The notes beneath the pieces were generated by a model. That model saw nothing but the letters and a program-made list of their open reading frames with translations, did no database searches and had not been told where the DNA came from. Of a DNA stretch of 64,000 nt, positions 29,874 through 38,542 are shown piece after piece (position 1 is the first letter of the stretch; every line of letters starts with the position of its first letter). Position numbers and translations under genes: made by a program. The stretch comes from Chitinophagales bacterium. Lineage in GTDB: Bacteria > Bacteroidota > Bacteroidia > Chitinophagales > UBA10324. Location: the NCBI GenBank assembly GCA_035638255.1, contig DASRAJ010000029.1:54232-118231 (forward strand), given 5' to 3'.

Positions 29874-31046
29874 TTGCAATTCATGGACAAGATTTTAATG
29901 CTATTAGCAGAGGAAACCGGGGGAACTTGTTACAGTTCTTACAAGTACTGTGTCAACGATTCCGAAGTGCCATCAGTTAATTATGAAGAGAACCAATCCT
30001 ACACGTTACAGCGTGATCGGTATGGAGAAACCGATACAAGCTTAAAAGAAACCAAGGATATCTCGGGTAGAGCAAAACAAATACAAAGCAGTCAACCCTT
30101 GTTTCGCTATTTCCTAGATGGCTCAAGAAGAATTTACAAAGTCGATGATATTGAATTGGGAAGAAAAATTTTTCCAATAATCGCTGGGCAGATAGGTGTT
30201 GCTTGTTGTGAAAGAAAAAGTCCTTCAAAATTTTCACAGACAATTCTTGAACATAATCTCGTATTATCACTACCAAGTGAAGCTGACATCGATGGAAAAA
30301 ATTCAGAAGAATTTTTCAATGCCCTTGCTCAGAGAATTAACAAGCTAGAAAAACTACAGCAGTACAACTTGAGATTTTCAAAAATTCTTTCATATCCAAC
30401 AAGGCAATTGAAGCTAGGTGAAAAATTTGAGAATTTGGGAATTGCAAAAATCCAAGACGAAATGATTGAGTGTGAAAAAAAAATTGTCTCGCAGCTTGTG
30501 AAAAAGAATTTATTGAATCATGATAATTATCTGCTAAAGGATGGTTCATTACAATATAAGCCTATGAGGTCGGGCGATTTTCGTGAATTATCAAAAATCA
30601 AATCGAATTATCAACGTGTGATAGGGCTTTCCAAATATTTTAATCCAGAGCTTTCTATGGACAAAGCTGGGAAGAGCAATGCCACCAAAATTGCAAGGCT
30701 ACCCTTGTATAGTCGTACTCCGGCGTTCATGTATCAAACTGATATTGTTTCAACAGAAGTTTTTTTCAGTATCTGGTATTTGAGAATACGCGAAGTAAGT
30801 GTAACAGAAAGTCCCTTTGCTGGTGTGGTGAAAGTTGAAAAAGTTTTGGTGTCAGATCATGAAATTGAAAATGGATTAAGCAGTGACGAAGTTGACTTAA
30901 TCAGCGCAAATATTATTAATGAACGAAGCCCTGTAGCATATGGAAATGATACACGATGGGCAAACCATCTATACCCGGTCTATCTCACGGAAAAGTATGT
31001 CAAGAGTCAGTACATTAGTGACTATCATTTTCTAAATTTATTTTGA
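29874..31046 (+). CDS. NurA-like nuclease (operon gene 1)
   Basis: 390 aa; the track start is TTG and the first ATG is at 29883. It has two DGS-type motifs, YFLDGSRR and YLLKDGSLQY, spaced as in NurA-domain (RNase H-like) nucleases. Its stop overlaps the start of a HerA-like ATPase gene, the canonical NurA partner. Confidence 0.5.
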   Translation: MQFMDKILMLLAEETGGTCYSSYKYCVNDSEVPSVNYEENQSYTLQRDRYGETDTSLKETKDISGRAKQIQSSQPLFRYFLDGSRRIYKVDDIELGRKIFPIIAGQIGVACCERKSPSKFSQTILEHNLVLSLPSEADIDGKNSEEFFNALAQRINKLEKLQQYNLRFSKILSYPTRQLKLGEKFENLGIAKIQDEMIECEKKIVSQLVKKNLLNHDNYLLKDGSLQYKPMRSGDFRELSKIKSNYQRVIGLSKYFNPELSMDKAGKSNATKIARLPLYSRTPAFMYQTDIVSTEVFFSIWYLRIREVSVTESPFAGVVKVEKVLVSDHEIENGLSSDEVDLISANIINERSPVAYGNDTRWANHLYPVYLTEKYVKSQYISDYHFLNLF

Positions 31047-32698
31047 TGAAGAGGATCGGAAAAGTTGTAGCTACAGAAAAAATGCCTACAACGGTAGACG
31101 AATTTTATTTTTGGACAGATAAGAAGAGAGTCATCAAACCATTTGATGTCGTCAAAGTTGAGCACATCAGAAATTCAGTAACGTTCGGGGTCGTTGAGGA
31201 AATTTCTCATTTCACCGATTCGCCAGGTTTTTTAGCAGGTTATATCTCAAGTGATTTCGGAGATGTCGAGCACGTACCCAACACGGAAAGAATCGGAATG
31301 AATTACGTAAAGGCAAGAGTTGTTGGAAATACAGATGGAATTTTCACACCTGTACTTGACGGGCACATTGTTTCTTTCGCCGATGAAAATGACGTTAAAA
31401 GAGCTTTGGGATTGGATGAAATCAAAAACCCTTTACCATGCGGCTACATAGAAATGTACGAACCTCCTGATTCCATCCGAATTCCTGTACATTTTAATTC
31501 CCATTTTCTAATTGGACCAGAAGGAGCACACTTGAACATTTCAGGAATTTCAGGTCTTGCTTCAAAAACATCTTATGCAATGTTCCTGCTTAAGGCAATT
31601 CAAAATGAACATTTACAATCTAACAGTGATAAGGAATCAGTTGCATTTGTAATTCTCAACGTAAAAGGTAGGGACCTAGTTGCTATAGATGAGCCAAACG
31701 GAGATCTCACTAAAGCGGACAAAGAAATTTACGAGATGCTCAAATTAAGTCCGAAACCCTTTGCCAACGTAAAATATTTTTATCCATATTCAAAACAATT
31801 TCCAACCACGTATGCAAGACCTGATGATGTCAAAAATCAGCAAAAACAAAATAAAGCATTTCAATTTAAGTACATTTTTGAGGATGATAAAGAAAGCATT
31901 GATTTACTTTTCTCCAATGTTGATGATCCTAACCAGACAATGGAATCTATTGTTAACTACATTTCAACTGGTCAAGGCAAGTTTGATGGAATTACCAATT
32001 GGAATGAACTATTAAATGAAATCCATGAGCATACTAAAAAAGGTGATACAAGTGGAAGAGACAGAGAAATTACTGTTTCAAGTTGGAGAAAATTTTATCG
32101 CTTATTTAGGAAAACACTTGATAAGAGTTCAATTTTTGCAAATGGCTTGGGAAAAGGAGAAGTACGTTTACAAGAGCAAATAAAAAATATACAAAAAAAT
32201 GAGGTATTTGTTATTGACGTAGCAAGACTAGACGAGGAAACGCAAGGATTTGTATTCGGAGATGTAATGCGAGCAGTATATGATTTAAAGCTTGGACAAA
32301 TTGAAAGAAAAGAGAGTGATATTCCAAATAAAATAATAGTCTTCATAGATGAACTAAATAAATACGCTTCGAAGGATGTCCCTAAGAATTCTCCAATTCT
32401 TCGGCAAATCATGGATATAACAGAGCGAGGACGTTCTCTAGGAATTATTTTGTTTGGAGCTGAGCAATTCCGTAGTGACATTCATGACAGAGTAAAGGGT
32501 AATTGCGCTTCATATGCATACGGAAGAACGAATGCGATTGAGGTATCCAAAAGCGATTATCAGTATGTGCCAGCAGTTTATAAATCGATGCTTACCAGGC
32601 TTAAACAGGGAGAATACATCATTCAAAACCCGGTGTTTCGTTCTCTTTTAAGCATCAAGTTTCCAAAACCAATTTATAAGCAATTCAAGAACGGATAA
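31046..32698 (+). CDS. HerA/FtsK-superfamily ATPase with HAS-barrel-like N-terminus (operon gene 2)
   Basis: The N-terminus IGKVVATEKMPTTVDEFYFWTD...FDVVKVEH...FGVVEEISH looks like a HAS barrel. The Walker A is deviant (GISGLASKTS); Walker B is IIVFIDELNKYA; RGRSLGIILFGAEQFRSDI resembles the HerA sensor/arginine-finger region. ATG 31,046-31,048 overlaps the upstream TGA (TGATG). Confidence 0.65.
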   Translation: MKRIGKVVATEKMPTTVDEFYFWTDKKRVIKPFDVVKVEHIRNSVTFGVVEEISHFTDSPGFLAGYISSDFGDVEHVPNTERIGMNYVKARVVGNTDGIFTPVLDGHIVSFADENDVKRALGLDEIKNPLPCGYIEMYEPPDSIRIPVHFNSHFLIGPEGAHLNISGISGLASKTSYAMFLLKAIQNEHLQSNSDKESVAFVILNVKGRDLVAIDEPNGDLTKADKEIYEMLKLSPKPFANVKYFYPYSKQFPTTYARPDDVKNQQKQNKAFQFKYIFEDDKESIDLLFSNVDDPNQTMESIVNYISTGQGKFDGITNWNELLNEIHEHTKKGDTSGRDREITVSSWRKFYRLFRKTLDKSSIFANGLGKGEVRLQEQIKNIQKNEVFVIDVARLDEETQGFVFGDVMRAVYDLKLGQIERKESDIPNKIIVFIDELNKYASKDVPKNSPILRQIMDITERGRSLGIILFGAEQFRSDIHDRVKGNCASYAYGRTNAIEVSKSDYQYVPAVYKSMLTRLKQGEYIIQNPVFRSLLSIKFPKPIYKQFKNG

Positions 32699-32718
32699 AT
32701 CACCACTGCACAGTAAAA

Positions 32719-34146
32719 ATGAAAATTTCCATTAATAACTTTAAAACGATAAAAGAACTCAAGGATTTAGAAATAAAGCCTTTGAATGTAATTTCGGGTG
32801 TTAACAGTAGCGGAAAAACTTCCTTTATTCAATTCTTATTGTTATTAAAACAAACTCTCGAAGCTAAGGCAGCCAATCGTCCTCTCATTTTTAACTCAGA
32901 AGAGTATGTAAAATTGGGCGAATATTCGGAGGTAGTTTATGATAAAAGAAAAGAAAACAACATCAGTTTCGATATTGGATTTACTGAAAATGAAATAAGT
33001 TTTTCAGAGCTGGAGTTTCTAAAAATAAAGGGCTGCAACATAAATGTTGTCTATTCTCTCCTTGAAAATGATACAGTCATTCAAACTTTGGAATTTAAAT
33101 ATAGTACACCTGAGTTTATAAAAAAAGAGCATTGGATTAAGTTTACTAAAAGCGGTGATAGCAAGTACGTCTATGAAACCAATACCGCTGTTTTTAATGC
33201 AGAGTTTGAGCAGGTGTACATTAACAATGAAAGCAATCAACCGGGTGGCGATTTATCATTCATTGCTTTTATGCCCCAACTATTTGTGACAGAAATAAAC
33301 AATCCAAATTACCCAGAGATTGATAAAAATCCATTAAAAAAGATAAGCATTGAACCGAAGACAAAAGAGTTACAAGCATTACTCGAAAAGTACTTTGATG
33401 AGCTTTCCTACATTGGACCGTTGCGCGAAATACCTAAAGACAGTTATTCACCGAACAAAAATAATAATAACATTGGGGCTAAAGGACAATACGCTGCTTA
33501 TTTTTTAGAAACGGAAGGTCTAAGAGAAATTAATTATTATAAAATTGAAGATATTAAAAATGAATCAATCCAATACAAACTTTCACGAGGTTCGTTAGCC
33601 GACGCAGTTAAATACTGGATTTGTGATGTCCTTCAATTAGCTAAAGAAATAAAAACAGAAGAGTATAAAGACGAGTTTATTGTTAAGATAGTAAATCATT
33701 TCGGAATTGAAACCACAATAAAACATGTAGGATTTGGGATAAGTCAGATATTGCCAATTATCGTTGAGGGATTGCGCATGGTAGACACTGGGATTCTTAT
33801 TTTGGAACAACCTGAAATACATCTTCATCCTAAAATACAAAGCTCACTATTTGATTTTTTAAACAGCTTAATAATAAGCGGCAAGAAAATCATTGTAGAA
33901 ACACACAGCGCTGAGTTTATAACCAGAATGCGTAGACGCATTGCCGAAGATAGCAGCAATACCTTAGTCGGTAAAGTAAATTTGATCTTCGTGGAAGAAG
34001 ATGAATCCGAGCACATATTTAAGGAACTTGATTTATCAGAATCCGGTTCGCTGTCATATTTCCCCAAAGATTTTATTGAGCAAAGCGAAATTGATTATAG
34101 AGCAATAGTGAAAGCTCAAGCATTAAAAAGACAAAACAAAAAATGA
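32719..34146 (+). CDS. ABC-type (AAA_15/AAA_21/DUF3696-like) ATPase (operon gene 3)
   Basis: Walker A is ISGVNSSGKTS. It also has YIGPLRE, the signature-like GFGISQILPII, Walker B plus D-loop ILILEQPEIHLHP, the H-loop VETHS, and a C-terminal YFPKDFIE. Confidence 0.75.
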   Translation: MKISINNFKTIKELKDLEIKPLNVISGVNSSGKTSFIQFLLLLKQTLEAKAANRPLIFNSEEYVKLGEYSEVVYDKRKENNISFDIGFTENEISFSELEFLKIKGCNINVVYSLLENDTVIQTLEFKYSTPEFIKKEHWIKFTKSGDSKYVYETNTAVFNAEFEQVYINNESNQPGGDLSFIAFMPQLFVTEINNPNYPEIDKNPLKKISIEPKTKELQALLEKYFDELSYIGPLREIPKDSYSPNKNNNNIGAKGQYAAYFLETEGLREINYYKIEDIKNESIQYKLSRGSLADAVKYWICDVLQLAKEIKTEEYKDEFIVKIVNHFGIETTIKHVGFGISQILPIIVEGLRMVDTGILILEQPEIHLHPKIQSSLFDFLNSLIISGKKIIVETHSAEFITRMRRRIAEDSSNTLVGKVNLIFVEEDESEHIFKELDLSESGSLSYFPKDFIEQSEIDYRAIVKAQALKRQNKK

Positions 34147-34153
34147 TAATTGT

Positions 34154-34978
34154 ATGGATTTTAATGCTGTAATCGATGCTTCTGCTTTTATTTGGGATGA
34201 AGAAAAATTTTTACAAGATCAAACCCCATACTATAACTTAGCTAATCAGTTAATGACTTTTGTTGAAATTTTTGAAACCAAAAAGCCGCAGATTTTTTTG
34301 AGGTCAAATTTATTAGCAGAAATGTTAAATGTATTTCCCTGGAATTTAACTGCAGATAAACCTTATTTTTATGAATTCAAAAATGTTGTTTATTCATTTC
34401 TAGCGCGTTTGCCGGAACAGATAAAAGAATTTGATGCAAGTGATAGAGGGGTTTCTTCCAAACCTAACATTATTTATAGCTATTATAATTATGGTGTAAA
34501 GCAAGAAATAACTTTTTTAATATCAGAAATACACTTCAATACGACTATTACCGTTTATTTTACCTTCAAACCAATTTGGGAAGAATCAATTTCCTTAAAT
34601 ACATTATTTAATGGAATCCCTAAGGAACATGAAACAATTATTCTCCCTATTGAGGACAACTTAGAAGGCTTTTTTAATCGCTTTAAGCTTATATTTAAGC
34701 ACAATCCCAAGCATGATAGAAATAAGGGATTCCGAATTGAAAATGGAGAGGAAGTATCACCATTGTCTTGTTTTGACGGTAAAAATGATAAAGTTCCCCA
34801 GTTGTTACTTGATAAAGCGATTAAGAGTAAAGAGGGCAATGGGAAATTATATAGTTATGATAAGGTAAACCAAACATACATATGCTTTGTTTCATCGGGC
34901 TCAAATGAGTATCACGGGTATGATGAAAAGCTTGGTAATATTCCCGCTTCAATAAAAAAATACTTTGGCAAACACTAA
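34154..34978 (+). CDS. hypothetical protein, 274 aa (operon gene 4)
   Basis: The ORF is tightly packed: 7 nt after the ATPase and 2 nt before the next gene. I recognise no family. The C-terminal segment FKHNPKHDRNKG...LYSYDK...SNEYHGYDE has His/Asp-rich patches that could be catalytic. Confidence 0.5.
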   Translation: MDFNAVIDASAFIWDEEKFLQDQTPYYNLANQLMTFVEIFETKKPQIFLRSNLLAEMLNVFPWNLTADKPYFYEFKNVVYSFLARLPEQIKEFDASDRGVSSKPNIIYSYYNYGVKQEITFLISEIHFNTTITVYFTFKPIWEESISLNTLFNGIPKEHETIILPIEDNLEGFFNRFKLIFKHNPKHDRNKGFRIENGEEVSPLSCFDGKNDKVPQLLLDKAIKSKEGNGKLYSYDKVNQTYICFVSSGSNEYHGYDEKLGNIPASIKKYFGKH

Positions 34979-34980
34979 TC

Positions 34981-36540
34981 ATGGCAGCAGAATTCATACC
35001 TTCTATTGGAAAGAATGTTATTGAGACATTGACAATGGGCATGTATGATGATCCACGATTTATTTTCCGAGAGTATGTTCAAAATTCCGCTGATCAAATT
35101 GATGCAGCAACTAAGAGTGGCATCTTTGCCAAAAAAGAAGATGGTGATATTCACATACTGATTGATAAGAAGAAAAAGCAAATAATAATTGAAGATAATG
35201 CTACGGGTATTGAGAGCGCAAAAGTGCAGGCGTTTTTAGGCAACATCGCACAATCACCAAAAAATAGATATTTGGATAAAGGATTTAGAGGTATCGGACG
35301 TTTAGGCGGCTTAGGTTATTGCGATAAACTAACCTTTGAAACTTCTTACAAGGGAGAAAAGATTAAAAGCACAATGGTTTGGGATGCCAAGCAATTGAGA
35401 GAAATAATTAATGATACATCCATTAGAATTGAAGCGGCTGAACTTATTAGTGCAATTACAAATTACTCTAAAGAATCCGAAGCTGAAAATACTCATTATT
35501 TTAAAGTTATTCTGGATGATGTAACCAATGATGATTTGCTCAGTGTAAATGCAGTTAGGGAGTATCTATCTATGGTTGCACCTGTACCGTTTTCCAATAA
35601 CTTTTCATTTAAAACTAAAATTTACCAAGAGGCAGAAAAAGAAAAAATCATATTTGACGAATATACAATATACATTAATGAGGATCAACTATTTAAAGCA
35701 TATAAGAATAGTGTTTTTAATAAAGGGAATATAGTTGATGAAATTTATGATGTTGAATTTTATAAATCAGAAGTTGAAATGAAAGGGGAGGCAAATAAAA
35801 AAGCAAAAAAGCATAAAGAAGTTCTATTCTGGTGTTGGTATGGAATAAGTAAGAATATGAGGCAAATCCCTGAAGAAAATTTTGAAAAGTTTTTACGATT
35901 AAGAAAACATAATATTCAAATTGGTTTAGAGAATAGATTGGATGATTTTCATAAAGATGATACCGGCAATCGTTATTTTATAGGAGAAGTACACGCCCTA
36001 AATAGCAGATTAGTTCCGAACGCAAGACGAGATTTTTTTGAAGATAATTCTATACTGCAATTATTTAAGCAAGAATTGAGAGATTTTTTTTATTCAACTT
36101 TATATAATTTATACTATGATTTTTCAAAGAAAAATAGTTCAATAAAGGATTTAAAGGAGACTGAAAAGTTTAGGGAAGAGTATAGTCATAAAATTAAAGA
36201 TAAGTTTATTAGTAAGGAGGAGCGAGAGATTTTAGGAAAAGAAGCTGTAAAAAAAGAACAAAAAGCAGAAAAAGCAAAAAAGGAATTAATTCGACTTCAG
36301 AAGGAATATCCCAATAGCACGCTATCACGAGTAATAAAAGAAACATCACCGATAGATTTAACCGATCCAGATAGCCATCCCATAGTAGGTAATACTTCTA
36401 AGGTTAAAACAAAGGAAACTAATAGATTGTCGGATTCTGAAAAAAAATTATTGGCTCGTATTTTCAAAGTTATTGCTAACTATTTCGATAAGAAAACTTC
36501 TGATACCATCATCCAGAAAATAAAGGATGAATTGCAATGA
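34981..36540 (+). CDS. GHKL (Bergerat-fold, HATPase_c_3 / MORC-Hsp90-like) ATPase with K/E-rich coiled-coil tail (operon gene 5)
   Basis: N-box REYVQNSADQIDAA (E-x-x-x-N-x-x-D), G1 box IIIEDNATGIE, G2 box GFRGIGRLGGLGYC. The C-terminal ~130 aa are lysine/glutamate-rich. Confidence 0.75.
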   Translation: MAAEFIPSIGKNVIETLTMGMYDDPRFIFREYVQNSADQIDAATKSGIFAKKEDGDIHILIDKKKKQIIIEDNATGIESAKVQAFLGNIAQSPKNRYLDKGFRGIGRLGGLGYCDKLTFETSYKGEKIKSTMVWDAKQLREIINDTSIRIEAAELISAITNYSKESEAENTHYFKVILDDVTNDDLLSVNAVREYLSMVAPVPFSNNFSFKTKIYQEAEKEKIIFDEYTIYINEDQLFKAYKNSVFNKGNIVDEIYDVEFYKSEVEMKGEANKKAKKHKEVLFWCWYGISKNMRQIPEENFEKFLRLRKHNIQIGLENRLDDFHKDDTGNRYFIGEVHALNSRLVPNARRDFFEDNSILQLFKQELRDFFYSTLYNLYYDFSKKNSSIKDLKETEKFREEYSHKIKDKFISKEEREILGKEAVKKEQKAEKAKKELIRLQKEYPNSTLSRVIKETSPIDLTDPDSHPIVGNTSKVKTKETNRLSDSEKKLLARIFKVIANYFDKKTSDTIIQKIKDELQ

Positions 36541-38516
36541 GAAATATTTTGCTATTAGAACCGAACTATAAAAATAAATATCCTCCTATAGGATTAATGA
36601 AGATTTCTACCTATCATAAGATGATAGGAGATAAGGTGACTTTTTATAAGGGCGATTTAAGAGATTTGATTATTGATCAGCTCTATGAAGAATGCTTAAA
36701 AAGATTAAGAAGGATTGATAAATCAATCGAGTGGCAACCTAAAGCTTACTTAATTAAGCAGTACATAAAAACCAAGAAATCAACTTTACTAGAAGAATTA
36801 AATTTTGGACATTCTCAATACTCACCTCTCATTGAAAAATGTTTATTAGGTTATTCCCTTTTTTATCGTAAAAAGGAATATGAAAATCATCCTATGTATG
36901 ATCGGGTTTATGTAACAACCTTATTCACGTTTTACTGGAAGATTACAATCGAAGCAATTCACTTCGCAAAGAAATTGGTTAAAAGACCAGATCAACTTTT
37001 AATAGGAGGCGTGATGGCGTCATTGTTGACGAAGGAGATCGAAACGGAAACGGGTATTAAACCTATTGCCGGATTACTTGACCAGCCAGGCATATTAGAT
37101 AAGGGATTAAAGGCAAGAAAAATAATCATTGACAATCTTCCTTTGGATTACTCAATTCTCGATGAAATTGATTATGTGTACCCGGCTCAAAATGCGTATT
37201 TCACTTTTATGACAAAAGGGTGTACAAGAAAATGTTCTTTCTGTTCAGTACCGAAGCTTGAGCCAACTTATAAACCAAAGATTGAAACTCTTGATAAATT
37301 TAAGGAAATTAAAAAACGTTTTGGAGAGCAACGGAATCTCTTATTAATGGATAATAATGTGCTTGCTTCGCCTCAATTCCCGGAGATTATAGAGGAGATT
37401 AAGAGAATGGGGTTTAATAAAGATGCCACTTTCATTGAACCTAATCAACTGAAAATTGCAATTAGAAATCTAAGAAGTGGCTATAATGATAAGGCATACG
37501 TTAAACGTTCATTCAAACTTATTCATGCTCATTTGAAAAGACTAAAGAATGAAAACAAACAAAAGTATTATGATGTTCTTCGTCAACATAACCTTCTAAG
37601 AATTGAAACAACCACGAAGGAGAATTTGCTTAAGGCAAATACTCTGATTAAGCACTTATATGAGAAATACAGAAGTAAAGCGCCTAGGCAGAGAATTGTC
37701 GATTTTAATCAAGGTACAGATGCACGATATGTAACTGAAGAATTAATGAAACTTATGAGTGAAATTCCAATCCAGCCTTTGAGAATTGCGTTTGATTACA
37801 TTGGGCTGAAAAAGATATATATTAATGCAGTTGAGTTAGCGGCTAAGTACGGAATTAAGGAACTATCCAATTATATTCTTTATAACTTTCATGATACACC
37901 TGATGATCTTTATGAAAGATTGCAAATTAATTTGGAATTAGGAGAAAGATTGGGTATACATATTTATTCATTTCCGATGAAATTTATTCCGCTATTTGGG
38001 GAAGCTGCAAAGGATCGAAATTTTGTTTCGCAACCTAATTGGAATAAGAAATTTATTAGAGCGATACAAGCTATCTTAAATGTAACAAAGGGAATTGTGG
38101 CACCCGGAAGAAGTTTTTTTGAAAAGGCATTTGGTGCTGATATTAAGGAATTTAGGAAGCTATTGTATATGCCCGAGACATATATCATTTATCGCCATTT
38201 ATTTGAAAAGGAGTTAATGTACACTCCAATTTGGGAAGAAGAATATCTTAATTTATTGAACAGTGAAGAGAGAGAGGAAGCTGAAAATATCATTAAGACA
38301 AACGATTTTACAAACATTCAGGCTAATACTTCAAATCCGAAAATTCAGCATTTTCTAAGGCACTATACAATACCCAGAGGAAGCATTGATAGGAATGATC
38401 TTGAATATAAGAAACTTAAAAAACAATTCGATAGGTTAATTAAACGACACTATCTAACTTTAACTTATGATTTTGAAGCACTCACTGTGAGAAGAAAATA
38501 TTGCGCAGTAGTATAG
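36537..38516 (+). CDS. large radical SAM enzyme with B12-binding-like N-terminal domain (operon gene 6)
   Basis: 659 aa. The N-terminus ILLLEPNYKNKYPPIGLMKISTYHKMIGDKVTFY resembles the B12-binding-domain opening of class B radical SAM enzymes. CX3CX2C is MTKGCTRKCSFCSV. A ~300-aa C-terminal extension is unassigned. An ATGA overlap joins it to the upstream gene. Confidence 0.8.
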   Translation: MRNILLLEPNYKNKYPPIGLMKISTYHKMIGDKVTFYKGDLRDLIIDQLYEECLKRLRRIDKSIEWQPKAYLIKQYIKTKKSTLLEELNFGHSQYSPLIEKCLLGYSLFYRKKEYENHPMYDRVYVTTLFTFYWKITIEAIHFAKKLVKRPDQLLIGGVMASLLTKEIETETGIKPIAGLLDQPGILDKGLKARKIIIDNLPLDYSILDEIDYVYPAQNAYFTFMTKGCTRKCSFCSVPKLEPTYKPKIETLDKFKEIKKRFGEQRNLLLMDNNVLASPQFPEIIEEIKRMGFNKDATFIEPNQLKIAIRNLRSGYNDKAYVKRSFKLIHAHLKRLKNENKQKYYDVLRQHNLLRIETTTKENLLKANTLIKHLYEKYRSKAPRQRIVDFNQGTDARYVTEELMKLMSEIPIQPLRIAFDYIGLKKIYINAVELAAKYGIKELSNYILYNFHDTPDDLYERLQINLELGERLGIHIYSFPMKFIPLFGEAAKDRNFVSQPNWNKKFIRAIQAILNVTKGIVAPGRSFFEKAFGADIKEFRKLLYMPETYIIYRHLFEKELMYTPIWEEEYLNLLNSEEREEAENIIKTNDFTNIQANTSNPKIQHFLRHYTIPRGSIDRNDLEYKKLKKQFDRLIKRHYLTLTYDFEALTVRRKYCAVV

Positions 38517-38542
38517 TCTTCTGCAACTATTAATTCACTTTA

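Noticed and set aside
32719-34978. Assignment of the ABC ATPase plus 274-aa pair to PARIS (AriA/AriB), Gabija or Septu.
   Set aside because: Gene sizes are PARIS-like, but I see no TOPRIM/OLD (E...DxD) or HNH motifs in the 274-aa protein, and the ATPase has no fused TOPRIM domain. This needs an HMM check before any such call.
36537-38516. Prokaryotic viperin (pVip).
   Set aside because: The protein is about twice viperin size and has a B12-binding-like N-terminal domain, so the CX3CX2C cluster sits ~225 aa in rather than near the N-terminus. No kinase or nucleotide-related partner is present.
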